Origin: Thermodesulfobacteriota bacterium
GTDB lineage: Bacteria > Desulfobacterota_D > UBA1144 > Nemesobacterales > JAJCZQ01
Direction: 5' to 3'
Length of the DNA: 64,000 bases
NCBI GenBank assembly: GCA_965203965.1
Contig: CBDBDR010000017.1
Span: 672,001-736,000 of the forward strand
Positions within the stretch are counted from its first letter, which is position 1, and each line of letters opens with the position of its first letter. Under the pieces are notes generated by a model, which saw only the letters and a list, made by a program, of their open reading frames with translations, made no database searches and had not been told where the DNA came from. The translations under genes and the position numbers were made by a program. Positions 28,073-38,823 of the stretch are shown here, one piece after another.

Positions 28073-30510
28073 TGATCTTGATCTCTTTCCATCACTTTTG
28101 CGACTGCTGCAACTTTCTCATCATCTTTCAAGTCAATAAGTCTGAGCCCCTGCGAGACCCTGCCGTAGGTGCTTATCTCCGACACCTTCATCCTTATCAC
28201 CTTGCCAGCATGGGTTGTGATTATCATTACTTCCATATCGTTCGTAACTTGGAACGCACACACCACCTTACCGTTCTTATCCGTGGTTTTAATCGTCATA
28301 ACACCTTTTCCGCCCCGTCTGGTGATTCTGTAGTCCCCAGCGACCGTTCTCTTCCCATATCCCATATCAGTTACTGTCAAAACCTGTGCCTCGGCATTTT
28401 CTATGATCTCAAGACTTACCACCTCGTCGTCTTTATCCAGCCTTATCCCAATAACACCCATGGCGGTTCTACCCACTTCCCTTACGCCGTGCTCGTTAAA
28501 CCTCACGGCTTGTCCATTTCTGGAGGTTAGGAGAATGTCATTGTCCCCATTCGTCATTCTTACTCCTATAAGCTCATCCTGTTCTCTTATATTTATCGCG
28601 ATTATGCCACCTGTTCTAGGATGCGAATAAGCCATGAGTTTCGTCTTCTTAACAATTCCTCTCTTTGTTGCCATCACGATAAATTTTTCTTCTTCAAACT
28701 TTATTACTGGCAGCACCACCGCCACTTTTTCATTTTTTCCCAGATTGAGCAGATTTACCATTGCCTTGCCCCTTGTTGCCGGCCCCGATTCCGGTATCTC
28801 GTGCACCCTTAACCAATAGCATCTGCCATGATTAGAAAAGAACAGAACGTAATTATGCCTTGAGGCGGTGAACATATTTTCAACAAAATCTGAATCCTTC
28901 GTATTGATGCCGGTCCTACCTTTCCCACCTCTCCTCTGGCTTCTGTAAACGCTGAGTGGCGTTGTTTTTATGTATCCTTCATGCGTTATGGTAACAACTA
29001 CGTCCTCATCCGCTATCAGGTCTTCAACGGACATCTCCCCCACGTCCTCTATGATCTTGGTTCGGCGAACATCGGCAAACTGCTCTTTGATCTCCTTCAA
29101 TTCATCCATTGCAATATTCAATACCAACTTTTCATCACCAAGTATCTCTTTAAGCTCCCTGACAACTTTGATTATCTCTTCTCTCTCTTCAATTATTTTA
29201 TCTACTTCAAGAGCGGTCAATCTTTGCAACCTCATATCAAGAATTGCCTGTGCCTGCAGATCGGTCAGTGAAAGTTTTGAGATAAGTCCATCTTTTGCAA
29301 CTTTAGGACTTTCAGAACCTCTTATGAGACTGATAACCTCATCAAGGTTATCAAGAGCTATTTTTAACCCATCCAGAATGTGCAACCTTGCCTCTGCCTT
29401 TGCCAGATTGAACTGAGTTCTACGAGTAATTACCTCTTTCCTGTGCTCTATGAATTGTTTGATGGATTCTTTCAGTGACAACACTCTCGGTTGACTTCTG
29501 ACCAATGCTATCATTATCACGCCAAAGGTAGTGTCCATCGGAGTGTGTTTGTAAAGCTGGTTCAGAACGACTTCCGAATGCTCTCCTCGTTTTATCTCTA
29601 TCACGAGCCTGATACCATCCCTGTCGGATTCATCCCTTATATCCGAAACCCCCTTGATCTTTTCATCCTTGGCAAGCTCGGCTATTCTCTGGGCGAGTTT
29701 TGCTTTGTTTACCTGATATGGAAGTTCGGAAACTATTATTATCTCTCTATCTCCCTTCCTCTGCTTTTCTATTCTGGCTTTTGCTCTCATCCGCAGAATG
29801 CCTCTTCCAGTTTCATAAGCGGATATTATGGCTTCCCTGCCCAGTATAAAACCACCAGTAGGGAAATCCGGACCGGGGATATGCTCCATTAATCCACTAA
29901 CGGTAATTTCAGGGTTTTCTATCTGTGCTATAACCGCGTCAATCAACTCACCCAAATTATGAGGCGGGATATTAGTTGACATTCCAACTGCAATACCAGA
30001 AGCACCATTAAGCAGAAGGTTGGGCACTTTTGTCGGAAGCACAACGGGTTCTGATTCACTTTCATCATAGTTTGGGACAAAGTCCACCGTTTCTTTGTCA
30101 AGGTCTTCAAGCATTTGCCCGGCGACCTTTGCCAGCCTTACTTCCGTATATCTCATGGCGGCAGCAGAATCCCCGTCAATTGACCCGAAGTTACCCTGAC
30201 CATCAACCAGCATAGTCCGCATTGAAAATTCTTGTGCCATTCGGACAAGTGTGTCATAAATTGCCGCGTCACCATGCGGATGGTATTTACCCATCACGTC
30301 CCCTACTATTCTTGCCGATTTTTTATAAGGCTTGTTCCATGCGTTGCCGACTTCGTGCATACCGTATAAGATCCTACGATGGACAGGTTTCAAGCCATCC
30401 CTCACGTCTGGCAAGGCTCTGCCAACGATTACACTCATTGAATAACTGAGATAAGAATCTTTCATCTCATCTTCAATATTTATGGGAAGGATCTGCGGGT
30501 CTGTTGACAT
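28069..30510 (-). CDS. gyrA: DNA gyrase subunit A
   Basis: [15 protein letters not shown], GyrA-box QRRGGKG. Confidence 0.98.
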   Translation of the reverse strand: MSTDPQILPINIEDEMKDSYLSYSMSVIVGRALPDVRDGLKPVHRRILYGMHEVGNAWNKPYKKSARIVGDVMGKYHPHGDAAIYDTLVRMAQEFSMRTMLVDGQGNFGSIDGDSAAAMRYTEVRLAKVAGQMLEDLDKETVDFVPNYDESESEPVVLPTKVPNLLLNGASGIAVGMSTNIPPHNLGELIDAVIAQIENPEITVSGLMEHIPGPDFPTGGFILGREAIISAYETGRGILRMRAKARIEKQRKGDREIIIVSELPYQVNKAKLAQRIAELAKDEKIKGVSDIRDESDRDGIRLVIEIKRGEHSEVVLNQLYKHTPMDTTFGVIMIALVRSQPRVLSLKESIKQFIEHRKEVITRRTQFNLAKAEARLHILDGLKIALDNLDEVISLIRGSESPKVAKDGLISKLSLTDLQAQAILDMRLQRLTALEVDKIIEEREEIIKVVRELKEILGDEKLVLNIAMDELKEIKEQFADVRRTKIIEDVGEMSVEDLIADEDVVVTITHEGYIKTTPLSVYRSQRRGGKGRTGINTKDSDFVENMFTASRHNYVLFFSNHGRCYWLRVHEIPESGPATRGKAMVNLLNLGKNEKVAVVLPVIKFEEEKFIVMATKRGIVKKTKLMAYSHPRTGGIIAINIREQDELIGVRMTNGDNDILLTSRNGQAVRFNEHGVREVGRTAMGVIGIRLDKDDEVVSLEIIENAEAQVLTVTDMGYGKRTVAGDYRITRRGGKGVMTIKTTDKNGKVVCAFQVTNDMEVMIITTHAGKVIRMKVSEISTYGRVSQGLRLIDLKDDEKVAAVAKVMERDQDQ

Positions 30511-30653
30511 TAGATATTAAACCTCCGGAATTTTTAATATGGGGTCAATAAACTGGTATAGTTTATTGGTTTATAAGTGATATTTCAATTGTTTGTATCT
30601 GCTCAACTTACAAAAGACCTGAATACGTATTGCTTCCTTAAATTAGCAAAATA

Positions 30654-33188
30654 TCATTCATAAGGAGCAAGCAACTCATTCATCTCACTCTTCCAGCTAT
30701 TTTCAAGCATTATACTGAAAGTCGCTGGAGTCTCACCGACCGTTCTCATTTTGCCTCTTTCAAGAGCAGTGCTGTATGTGTCTTCAAGGGTTTTAAGCAG
30801 ATCTTTTTTGTAACTCGTATCTTCATTGCCTTTGAGATGAATACCTTTTGTTTCCAAGATCAGCAATTTTCCGTCTTTTTTACACGCAACGAAATCAGGA
30901 TATACCCTGTGGCGTCTCCACCCCTGAATTGCGTATTCTTGCCTCGCGGCTATCCTGTGCCACCAATATATTGAGTCGCTACTGTCCAGAAAAAGTGCGA
31001 AGTTTTTCTCAAGTTTATTGAAATCACTTTCAAAAACACTATCAAATAAACTCTGCTGAACAGGCTTGCCTTGTCTGGAAAGAGGTTTTTCATCATCAGA
31101 AACTGATACTTCAAGTGTTTTCTGAAATTCGTAGTTCAATTTCTCATCAGTTACGAGATGGAATCTGATTTCATCTTTGCCGACTTTATCCCTGAAAACT
31201 TCCTCTGCTTTTTCGTCCACTTCATCTTTAACTCTTTGCCTCAAAACTTCCGAAAGATAAATGCGGTTTTTCAGAAGTTTGGAATCATCTTTTTCATGCT
31301 TCTTGAGAAAATTCTCCGCTATACGCGCCGCCTGCCAGGGATTGGGAACCGTATCAATCAAGCGATGAATAAAATAATCCAGCGTCAAACTCTCTCCGGT
31401 GTCAATTTCTGATTCTGAACTTTCGCTTTCTCCCTGAATATCAACTGTGGATCTTATCTCTGCAATAATCGCACTGTCATCAAGTTTGACAGGCTCGCCC
31501 GCGTTAATGCTTTCCCAACTCAAAGCCCCAAGTATGTCGCGATCGTAGTCAATCGGGCGCCATTTAGACCTGTCTTTATGCAATACTTGAGGAAGGAAAA
31601 TGTCTAATTTTTTGTAGGGATTGCGCCGCTTAATTGTTTGAGTTGTAACGCCAACCCCGCTTCCACCGTCAACAGCGGAACTCCCAAGTCCCGTAAGCCC
31701 TTCATTTTCCAGTCCACCTTTTACCCATTCAACAACATCCCCCACATCTTTGTTGTAACAATAAACATAGCACTTGTTGAGCAAGTCGCTTTTATCAATC
31801 ATTCTCGCGTGTGGTTGACGCATAATTCGCCCAACCATCTGTGTAATGGCAGTTTTTGCCTTTGTGTTATCAAGCAATGCCAAAACATAAGCAAATGAAC
31901 AGTCCCACCCCTCTTTGAGTGCGTCTTTTGTGATAATCCAGCGGACAGGGCTTTGTTCACTCAGTAAATCCTCTCCCGCAAGTTCCTTTTGTTCGGATGA
32001 CTGAATTCTTATGTGTCCTTCCGGCACTGAAAGATTTTGTATCAAATATTTCCTCGCGTCTTCTGAATGAATAAATCCGGACTGCCTTTGTTCTTTCCCC
32101 GTTCTTTGAACTCTGACCAGAGCAATGGGGCGAATATAGCGACCCTCTTTTTGTTGTAGTTTTAGAGTCTCGCTTTCAATTTCCTTCAGTTTTTCCTGCG
32201 TCTGCGTAAGGGTGTATTTCCAATCTGAATTGGGAAAACTGTGAATCTCTATCGGAAGTTTTATCATTTCTTCATCTTTAAGTTCCGTTCCGCCTATATT
32301 GACAAGAATGTTGCTTATTTGAATTTTTGGAGTGGCGGAAAGTTCAAGCACAAAACGGGGATTTAGGCGATTGACCGATTTCACGAATTCCTTGTTACTT
32401 TCATCATTTGTTCCATACGCCTTATGTGCTTCGTCTAAGATCACCGTTGGACGAATGAGTTTCAATGTGTTGATCAAACTGTGTTTTATCCAATCACCCT
32501 TTTTGTTTTTTTCCAAATCGGGATGTTCTTCCGTAAGTTTGCTATTGGCTTTCAGATCATCCTGTTCAGGAAAGAAAGATGTATAACCACCACTATCGCG
32601 GAAAATTTTGAGAAATTCTTTGCCTTTCTGCCTATTCGCAGAAGGAAGCATAAGCATCATTACGCATAGGTAACTTTCAACATCCTGTTTTGTAAATCTG
32701 TCGTCTTTTTCAAGAAGTTTGACCTTGCCACCGGAAAGTCGCTCAAGCATTTCCCTGTACGGATGTTCGCGAGTCCTGAATGCCTTGATTGTCTGCTCGT
32801 AAATTGCCTTTGTCGGCACAATCCACAAGACAAAACCCTTTTCCGCTTTCAGTCGTTCAAGAGAGGCAACACCTAAAAGTGTCTTACCTCCACCTGTCGG
32901 CACTTTCATACAAACATGCGGAATTGGCTCACCTGATGTTGCAGTTCGGTTTATGTAATCAGGGATCTCAATATTTCCATCTTGTGTAACGCCGGGAAGA
33001 ACTCCTTGCTTTTTCAGATTTTGCCATGCGGAAGCGGGATAGTTTTTTAACTGTTCGGGAATATCATCAATTCCCGTATCCTGAAGGGCTTTAATTGCTT
33101 TTGCCAACTTCAAACGGGATTTCTTGAGTGCATCAATCCAGTGGTCTAACTGTTCAAGGGCAGTTTGTTGATAGATTTTAAGTTGCAT
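30654..33188 (-). CDS. res: Type III restriction enzyme Res subunit (SF2 helicase + PD-(D/E)xK)
   Basis: VPTGGGKT, LDEAH, LSATP, EGWD, Q.VGR; YPDF...LETKG. Confidence 0.9.
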   Translation of the reverse strand: MQLKIYQQTALEQLDHWIDALKKSRLKLAKAIKALQDTGIDDIPEQLKNYPASAWQNLKKQGVLPGVTQDGNIEIPDYINRTATSGEPIPHVCMKVPTGGGKTLLGVASLERLKAEKGFVLWIVPTKAIYEQTIKAFRTREHPYREMLERLSGGKVKLLEKDDRFTKQDVESYLCVMMLMLPSANRQKGKEFLKIFRDSGGYTSFFPEQDDLKANSKLTEEHPDLEKNKKGDWIKHSLINTLKLIRPTVILDEAHKAYGTNDESNKEFVKSVNRLNPRFVLELSATPKIQISNILVNIGGTELKDEEMIKLPIEIHSFPNSDWKYTLTQTQEKLKEIESETLKLQQKEGRYIRPIALVRVQRTGKEQRQSGFIHSEDARKYLIQNLSVPEGHIRIQSSEQKELAGEDLLSEQSPVRWIITKDALKEGWDCSFAYVLALLDNTKAKTAITQMVGRIMRQPHARMIDKSDLLNKCYVYCYNKDVGDVVEWVKGGLENEGLTGLGSSAVDGGSGVGVTTQTIKRRNPYKKLDIFLPQVLHKDRSKWRPIDYDRDILGALSWESINAGEPVKLDDSAIIAEIRSTVDIQGESESSESEIDTGESLTLDYFIHRLIDTVPNPWQAARIAENFLKKHEKDDSKLLKNRIYLSEVLRQRVKDEVDEKAEEVFRDKVGKDEIRFHLVTDEKLNYEFQKTLEVSVSDDEKPLSRQGKPVQQSLFDSVFESDFNKLEKNFALFLDSSDSIYWWHRIAARQEYAIQGWRRHRVYPDFVACKKDGKLLILETKGIHLKGNEDTSYKKDLLKTLEDTYSTALERGKMRTVGETPATFSIMLENSWKSEMNELLAPYE

Positions 33189-34502
33189 CTCCGCCTACTA
33201 TTAAACTATTCCAATTGGGAAACTTTCCCTCTTTAATAACTCTTATTATTGCTTCACAGCACAAATTCTGGGCTTCTTCCATAAGAAAGATTTTTCTTCC
33301 TTCTATCTCAATAGCCATGGACTCTTCACTAATCTTTCCTTCGTGGACAGCCTTAGACCGAAAGTGATATATCTTTCTGCATAATTCCATCAAATATTTT
33401 CTATCTTCTGCGTTTTTCCCCAAATGCCACGCGGCACGAATAGCGAAAGAAAGTGATAGTGGCCCTCTATTTCCTACATCTAAATAGAGAGATTCAAACG
33501 CAACTCCTAAGTCAGCCATCTTTTCAGCCAATCCCTTGTTTGTCTTAGACTCTATCCACCTGTATATTGCCATAAGAATCCTCTCCTGAACCTTAGATTC
33601 AAGGCTAAAAACTGCTTTGTATAACTCTTTGGCTTGCTTCGCTTGATCTTCAGAAATAATATTAAATTGTGGTTCCGTTTTTATGGACGCGGGTTGATCT
33701 GGTATGAAAGGACTGTCATAACCAAACAAATCATCTGCGCCAAAATGATCCCATGTCAAAAAAGATTCAACAGCACTATCGGAGACTAAAGACAATACCA
33801 TACAAAGGTTATTGATATTCACCTCTTTGAATTCTTCATTCTTTACTTTTATCTGAAACGGAGAATCACTGGACAAGACATCATAAGGTTTAGAGAATGC
33901 AGGACATACATGATAGTCTATAATCAATGGCGTTTTTCCAACAAAAAGACTTCTTGGGCCTAATTCATAAATAGAACTAATAAAAACCCCACAAAATGGA
34001 TAATATTCAATATCTCCTATTGAATTAGATAGAGGAATAAGTTTGATTCCATCAGATATCTGTATTTCACGCTCAACTTTCAGGCCATTAAGTGCCGACA
34101 TTTTTTGAAAATTAACTTGATTCTCTCTAACGGTGCTTTCAAAAACATCAACAGCTCTTGAAACTCCCCAAATTATGGAAATTCTGAACAATGATTGGAC
34201 AAATTTCTTCAATATGAATGGTGTAGCGTTACCTCCCCGTATTTCATAAATGTATGAAGCTATACGATCTTCCTGTATGTATTCAGCTAGTTCAATCCTA
34301 AAAAATCGAGGATTTGAGACTCTATGGAGCTATCTGGAATGCTAATAGAAAACCCTAATCTGCGGAAATCTTGATTCTTTGAATGGAAAAACTCCTTATA
34401 CTTTTCACAAGTAATGTCTCCTATAAGGGGAGCTTCTATCTTTATAATTTTTAGAGATTTCTCTAAAAGTTCCATGAGTTCTTGTTTTCTTCTTTCTTCC
34501 AT
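33178..34502 (-). CDS. ApeA-like HEPN domain protein, split by -1 frameshift (ORFs 34287-34502 and 33178-34212)
   Basis: C-terminal AFESL...IYHFRSKAVHEG (RxxxxH); downstream frame is open back across the T6 tract at 34300-34305; joined product ~441 aa. Confidence 0.75.
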
Positions 34503-34508
34503 TGAACT

Positions 34509-36173
34509 TCAATTGGTTTTCATCTGATAGGACATTTGGCAAAACACTATCCCCATCTCCGTCAACTCTTTCTGTCCCATAAACTTGTGAGTGGCAAACA
34601 CGATCGCTGTTTTGTTCTTTTTCTTTGCTTCTTTTGCGATGCGTTCGGCACGTTCGCTGTTTAGGGCGGATTCACTACTACGCAAGAAGGCAAGTTTTGG
34701 TTCGTAAATCAGATAGTACATTCTGTCTTTTGTTTCATGGAACAAGCCGTCTTTGCCTTTTGCTTTGCGGATTTTATCTGCCGATTGTCCGGTTGCTGTC
34801 CAGTAGATGTGGCGGGCTAATGTTTCATAGTCCGGGAAGTTTTTGCCGGTGAGCATTTTTTCAATACTCATTTCATCACCCAAAGTGCAATAGGTAAAAC
34901 TTCCACCAAGCCCCTTTTTCAGATTTTCATCTTTTGCTTTCGGAACACCTTTTATCACGCGACGGACGCGCTCGGCGGTGATCTTGTTGGCATAGTCTTC
35001 ACATTCCACAAGAATAAACTTGCGGTTGCCACCGTCTTCTTTGTTGAGAGCAAGGACAGCATGGGCGGTTGTGCCGGAACCGGCAAAGGAATCTAAAATA
35101 ATAGCATTTTTATTTTTGCTACAAGAAAAACGAACTATACGTCTGATTAAATCAGTAGATTTAGGATTCTCAAAAATCTTTTTACCAAAAAGTTTTGTCA
35201 CTTGGTTGTTTCCATTAGGCTTTAAATCGCTCCACAGATTGCTCAAATACTTAGCGTCTGATGGTGGTACATAGTGTTCTGGTTTCTTAGTAGATGATAA
35301 ACGTAACAAATCAATATCCGGATCATCCTGAGAAATGTACCAATTATCAATTTCATCTTGGCTAATCATGCTTTTTGGTTTGTCAATTTCTCTAAGCATT
35401 TTTTTATAATTATCGATAGCGACAATGCTACGCTTTCTGCTCCATCTCCATTGCCCACTCTCCGGCGTTATATCAAAAATTTTGTAACGCATCGTTGGTC
35501 TGTTTGTTCCTCGCCAGTGATTATTCCAGAATCCACCTTCTGTTTCTTCTAGTAATTCAGTCAGATGGTCAAATTTAAAGTTAATATCCTTGCTATAAGT
35601 TAAAACATATTCACATCCAAAATTTAATCTGTCGATTTTTTCAAACTGCCTTTGTACGCTTTTTACACCGCGCCGAATAACTATAAGATTTCGATAATTC
35701 TCTCCTCCAAAAATCTCATCCATCACCATCCGCAAGCGGTGTTGTTCATTGTCATCAATAGAAACAAAAATAACCCCATCCTCTGCCAACAATTCCCTCA
35801 GCAACTGCAATCTTGGCCACATCATACAAAGCCACTTGTCGTGTCGCTCAAGATCTTCACCATCCACCGGGTTTTTGTCCTTTAACCACTCCTTCATCAT
35901 CGGACTGTTTACGTTGTCGTTATAGACCCATCTTTCATTGCCAGTGTTGTAAGGCGGATCAATGTAAATACAGTTCACCTTTCCCGCGTAACGCGGCAAC
36001 AACGCCTTGAGTGCGTGCAGATTGTCGCCATGGATGATGAGATTATTGTCGAGAGACGGTTTTTCCCCTTTCGGTGAGAGGGATTTTTCTGCGTCTACCT
36101 CGATCGTCCTTGATGGGACGGTCAGGTGGTGAGCGTAAACGAGTTGCTTTCCTTTGAACTCAAGTGTCGGCAT
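34509..36173 (-). CDS. mod: Type III R-M methyltransferase Mod subunit
   Basis: IHGDNL, YIDPPYNTG, HDKWLCMM.PRL, PKS, LDSFAGSGTT. Confidence 0.93.
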   Translation of the reverse strand: MPTLEFKGKQLVYAHHLTVPSRTIEVDAEKSLSPKGEKPSLDNNLIIHGDNLHALKALLPRYAGKVNCIYIDPPYNTGNERWVYNDNVNSPMMKEWLKDKNPVDGEDLERHDKWLCMMWPRLQLLRELLAEDGVIFVSIDDNEQHRLRMVMDEIFGGENYRNLIVIRRGVKSVQRQFEKIDRLNFGCEYVLTYSKDINFKFDHLTELLEETEGGFWNNHWRGTNRPTMRYKIFDITPESGQWRWSRKRSIVAIDNYKKMLREIDKPKSMISQDEIDNWYISQDDPDIDLLRLSSTKKPEHYVPPSDAKYLSNLWSDLKPNGNNQVTKLFGKKIFENPKSTDLIRRIVRFSCSKNKNAIILDSFAGSGTTAHAVLALNKEDGGNRKFILVECEDYANKITAERVRRVIKGVPKAKDENLKKGLGGSFTYCTLGDEMSIEKMLTGKNFPDYETLARHIYWTATGQSADKIRKAKGKDGLFHETKDRMYYLIYEPKLAFLRSSESALNSERAERIAKEAKKKNKTAIVFATHKFMGQKELTEMGIVFCQMSYQMKTN

Positions 36174-36297
36174 TGTAGGCGGATATTATACATCAATCGT
36201 CCTGCAAGATAACATGATACCTCTTCAAACTGAATGAACCGTCTTTTTCATAAATACCTCATTTAACCAAGTCAGCATGCTATGATTATAGGTTGAT

Positions 36298-36843
36298 ATG
36301 AGGGTTCAAACCGGAACGGCAAAGGGTAGAAAACTGAAATTTCCCAAAGATGGAAAAGTCAGACCAACCACCGGCAGAGTTAAAAAATCCATATTTGACA
36401 GACTCGGTGATCTGGACGGGATCAAGGTGCTTGATCTGTTTTCGGGATCAGGCAGTTTGGGCATTGAGGCTTTAAGCAAGAACGCGTCCGAAGCTACTTT
36501 CGTTGAAAAACAAAGAGTTACAGTAAGGATACTGAGGGAAAACATCAAAAACTGCGGATTTGAAAAACTGAGTGAAATTATTGATGATGATTTCAGCAAA
36601 GCCATTGAAAAACTGGTAAAAAAAAACAGAAAATTTGATCTGGTATTTATTGACCCTCCATACGAACTTTATAACAATTTAAACATCACTGATATAATTG
36701 GCTCCATAAACAGACTGCTGAACAACAATGGAACAGTAGTTGTGGAACATAACAAACCTTTTGAATTTTCAGATCCAAGATTTACTCTTGACACGAAAAA
36801 CTATGGCGGGACAAACATCACCTTTTTTAAGAACATGGGATAA
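36298..36843 (+). CDS. rsmD: 16S rRNA (guanine966-N2)-methyltransferase
   Basis: GTAKGRKL, RPTT, LDLFSGSGSLGIEALS, DPPY. Confidence 0.93.
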   Translation: MRVQTGTAKGRKLKFPKDGKVRPTTGRVKKSIFDRLGDLDGIKVLDLFSGSGSLGIEALSKNASEATFVEKQRVTVRILRENIKNCGFEKLSEIIDDDFSKAIEKLVKKNRKFDLVFIDPPYELYNNLNITDIIGSINRLLNNNGTVVVEHNKPFEFSDPRFTLDTKNYGGTNITFFKNMG

Positions 36844-36860
36844 AGAAGTTATGAATCACA

Positions 36861-38129
36861 ATGTCAGAAACCAAATTTAATCTCCTACCCAATATCCAAT
36901 TCATCTACGAGTTGCATCTTGCAGAATTAGAATTAAGATCGCTCCTACCAAAGATGTATATAGAAAAACTACCGGACCTTCGTTCTTTTCAAATTCAACC
37001 TATATATACACCAAGTAATGAAACAAGAAAAATATCAGAATCAATAAAAGATATAGAGGTTATGAGTAATATGCTTAAACAATCAGCATATGTTGGTGAA
37101 GTTTCATATATAGGTGAAGTAGATACTATAACATCTGACTATGCACAACTCATAAAATACAATGTAACTCGTGCTTTTAATCAATACATTACTCACTGGT
37201 TTTATCCGTATAAAGGTAAGTATCATCCTCAAATGGTTCGCTCTCTTGCAAATATAATAGGTCTTCAACCAGGAGATACATTGCTTGATCCATTTATCGG
37301 AAGTGGAACAACTGCTGTGGAAGGGTCTCTGTTAAACTTAGAAGTAATTGGATTTGATGTATCGCCTTTGTGTGTTCTGATAAGTAATGTTAAAACTAAT
37401 TCCATTCATCATTTTGAAAAAATAAAACGACATTATCTAAAGGATGTCCTCTTTCAAAACCATAGGAACAAAGATTATGGGAAAAACAATAACCATAATA
37501 TAACCGAATGTTTGGATGATCCCGTTGAAAGTTTTGGCTTATTGGCAAAGATGATAGCAACCAGTGATGCTACCAGACGCAAACGGGATTTTGATAAAAT
37601 GCTTGTTAAAAATGAAAATAAAATGCTTGAGAGTGTTCAACTTATGAAAGATGGTTGTGAAGAAATAAGCATTTCACCTACACCCGCTTATATTAAAGTA
37701 GGAGATGCACGACACCTACCTATGTTCGATGAAAGTGTGGACGGTATTATAACATCACCACCTTATTCCATTGCACTTGACTATGTAGAAAATGATGCCC
37801 ATTCTCTTGAATCTCTTGGATATGATTTGAAAAAGATCAGAGAGGAATTTGTGGGTGTTAGAGGTAAGGGTAAAGAAAAGATTGAACTTTACGAACAGGA
37901 TATGGTTCAAGCGTATACGGAAATGGCACGTGTTTTGAAGCCCTCTGGGAAAATAGCAATAGTTATAGGAGACGCCACTGTTAATGGAAGTAAGATAAAT
38001 ACTACTCAAAATTGTATAGACGTGTTTGATAAACTTGGATTTAAGTTAGTTCATAATGTGAATAAGTTAATTTATGGTTTGTATAATGTTATGCAACAAG
38101 AGTCTATATTGGTATTTGAGAGAGGATAG
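36861..38129 (+). CDS. DNA methyltransferase, probably N4-cytosine (alpha order)
   Basis: THWFYPYKGKYHPQ, DPFIGSGTT precedes TSPPY. Confidence 0.85.
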   Translation: MSETKFNLLPNIQFIYELHLAELELRSLLPKMYIEKLPDLRSFQIQPIYTPSNETRKISESIKDIEVMSNMLKQSAYVGEVSYIGEVDTITSDYAQLIKYNVTRAFNQYITHWFYPYKGKYHPQMVRSLANIIGLQPGDTLLDPFIGSGTTAVEGSLLNLEVIGFDVSPLCVLISNVKTNSIHHFEKIKRHYLKDVLFQNHRNKDYGKNNNHNITECLDDPVESFGLLAKMIATSDATRRKRDFDKMLVKNENKMLESVQLMKDGCEEISISPTPAYIKVGDARHLPMFDESVDGIITSPPYSIALDYVENDAHSLESLGYDLKKIREEFVGVRGKGKEKIELYEQDMVQAYTEMARVLKPSGKIAIVIGDATVNGSKINTTQNCIDVFDKLGFKLVHNVNKLIYGLYNVMQQESILVFERG

Positions 38130-38136
38130 GGGAAAA

Positions 38137-38205
38137 ATGAAGCATGAAGAAATAGAGAAAAGACAACTTGAACAACTTGAAGAAGAAATTTCAGTTAATT
38201 GCTGA
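38137..38205 (+). pseudogene. Truncated partner gene stub (22 aa)
   Basis: SD-like AGGGG plus ATG 7 nt after the MTase stop: MKHEEIEKRQLEQLEEEISVNC*. Confidence 0.3.
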
Positions 38206-38327
38206 TCTTCCATATACAATTTATACTAATACTGAAAGAGAAATAGTAATTACCTCAACGATATTCATCTACCTATGAATAGAAAATTATAGACAGACAG
38301 CCTAAATAAGGAATAATTTCTGAATTA

Positions 38328-38807
38328 ATGGGAAAAACCGTAATTTACCCGGGTTCTTTTGACCCCTTTACTCTTGGACATCTGAATATTATAGAAAGAG
38401 CATCGGGGATATTTGAAAAAATCGTGATCGCAGTTGCGCGCAATGTATCTAAAAAAACCACCTTCACCACTGATGAAAGAGTTGGGATAATAAAAGAGAT
38501 ATTCAAAGACCAACAAAATATTGAAGTGGACAGCTTTGAAGGTTTACTGGTTGAATACGTGGAAAAAGTGGGAAACAGAATCGTTTTAAGGGGTATGAGA
38601 TCAGTGTCGGATTTTGAGTATGAAATGCAGATGGCAAATGCAAACAAAACACTGAACCCAGGAATTGAAACCGTGTTCATGGTAACTGACAGCAAATTTT
38701 CTCATATAAGTTCTTCACTTATCAGAGAGATCATAACACTAGGGGGGTCTGCCAAACAACTGGTGCCTGACATTGTAGAAACAAAACTAAAAGAAAAACT
38801 TCAATAG
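38328..38807 (+). CDS. coaD: Phosphopantetheine adenylyltransferase
   Basis: YPGSFDPFTLGH, RGMR..SDFEYE, ISSS. Confidence 0.97.
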   Translation: MGKTVIYPGSFDPFTLGHLNIIERASGIFEKIVIAVARNVSKKTTFTTDERVGIIKEIFKDQQNIEVDSFEGLLVEYVEKVGNRIVLRGMRSVSDFEYEMQMANANKTLNPGIETVFMVTDSKFSHISSSLIREIITLGGSAKQLVPDIVETKLKEKLQ

Positions 38808-38823
38808 AGCAAGGAGAGTAAAA

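Noticed and set aside
28072..30449. Several long antisense ORFs opposite gyrA (and other core genes)
   Set aside because: Expected codon-bias shadows of well-supported genes
30600..36297. Type III locus as a mobile element
   Set aside because: No integrase, transposase or flanking direct repeats seen
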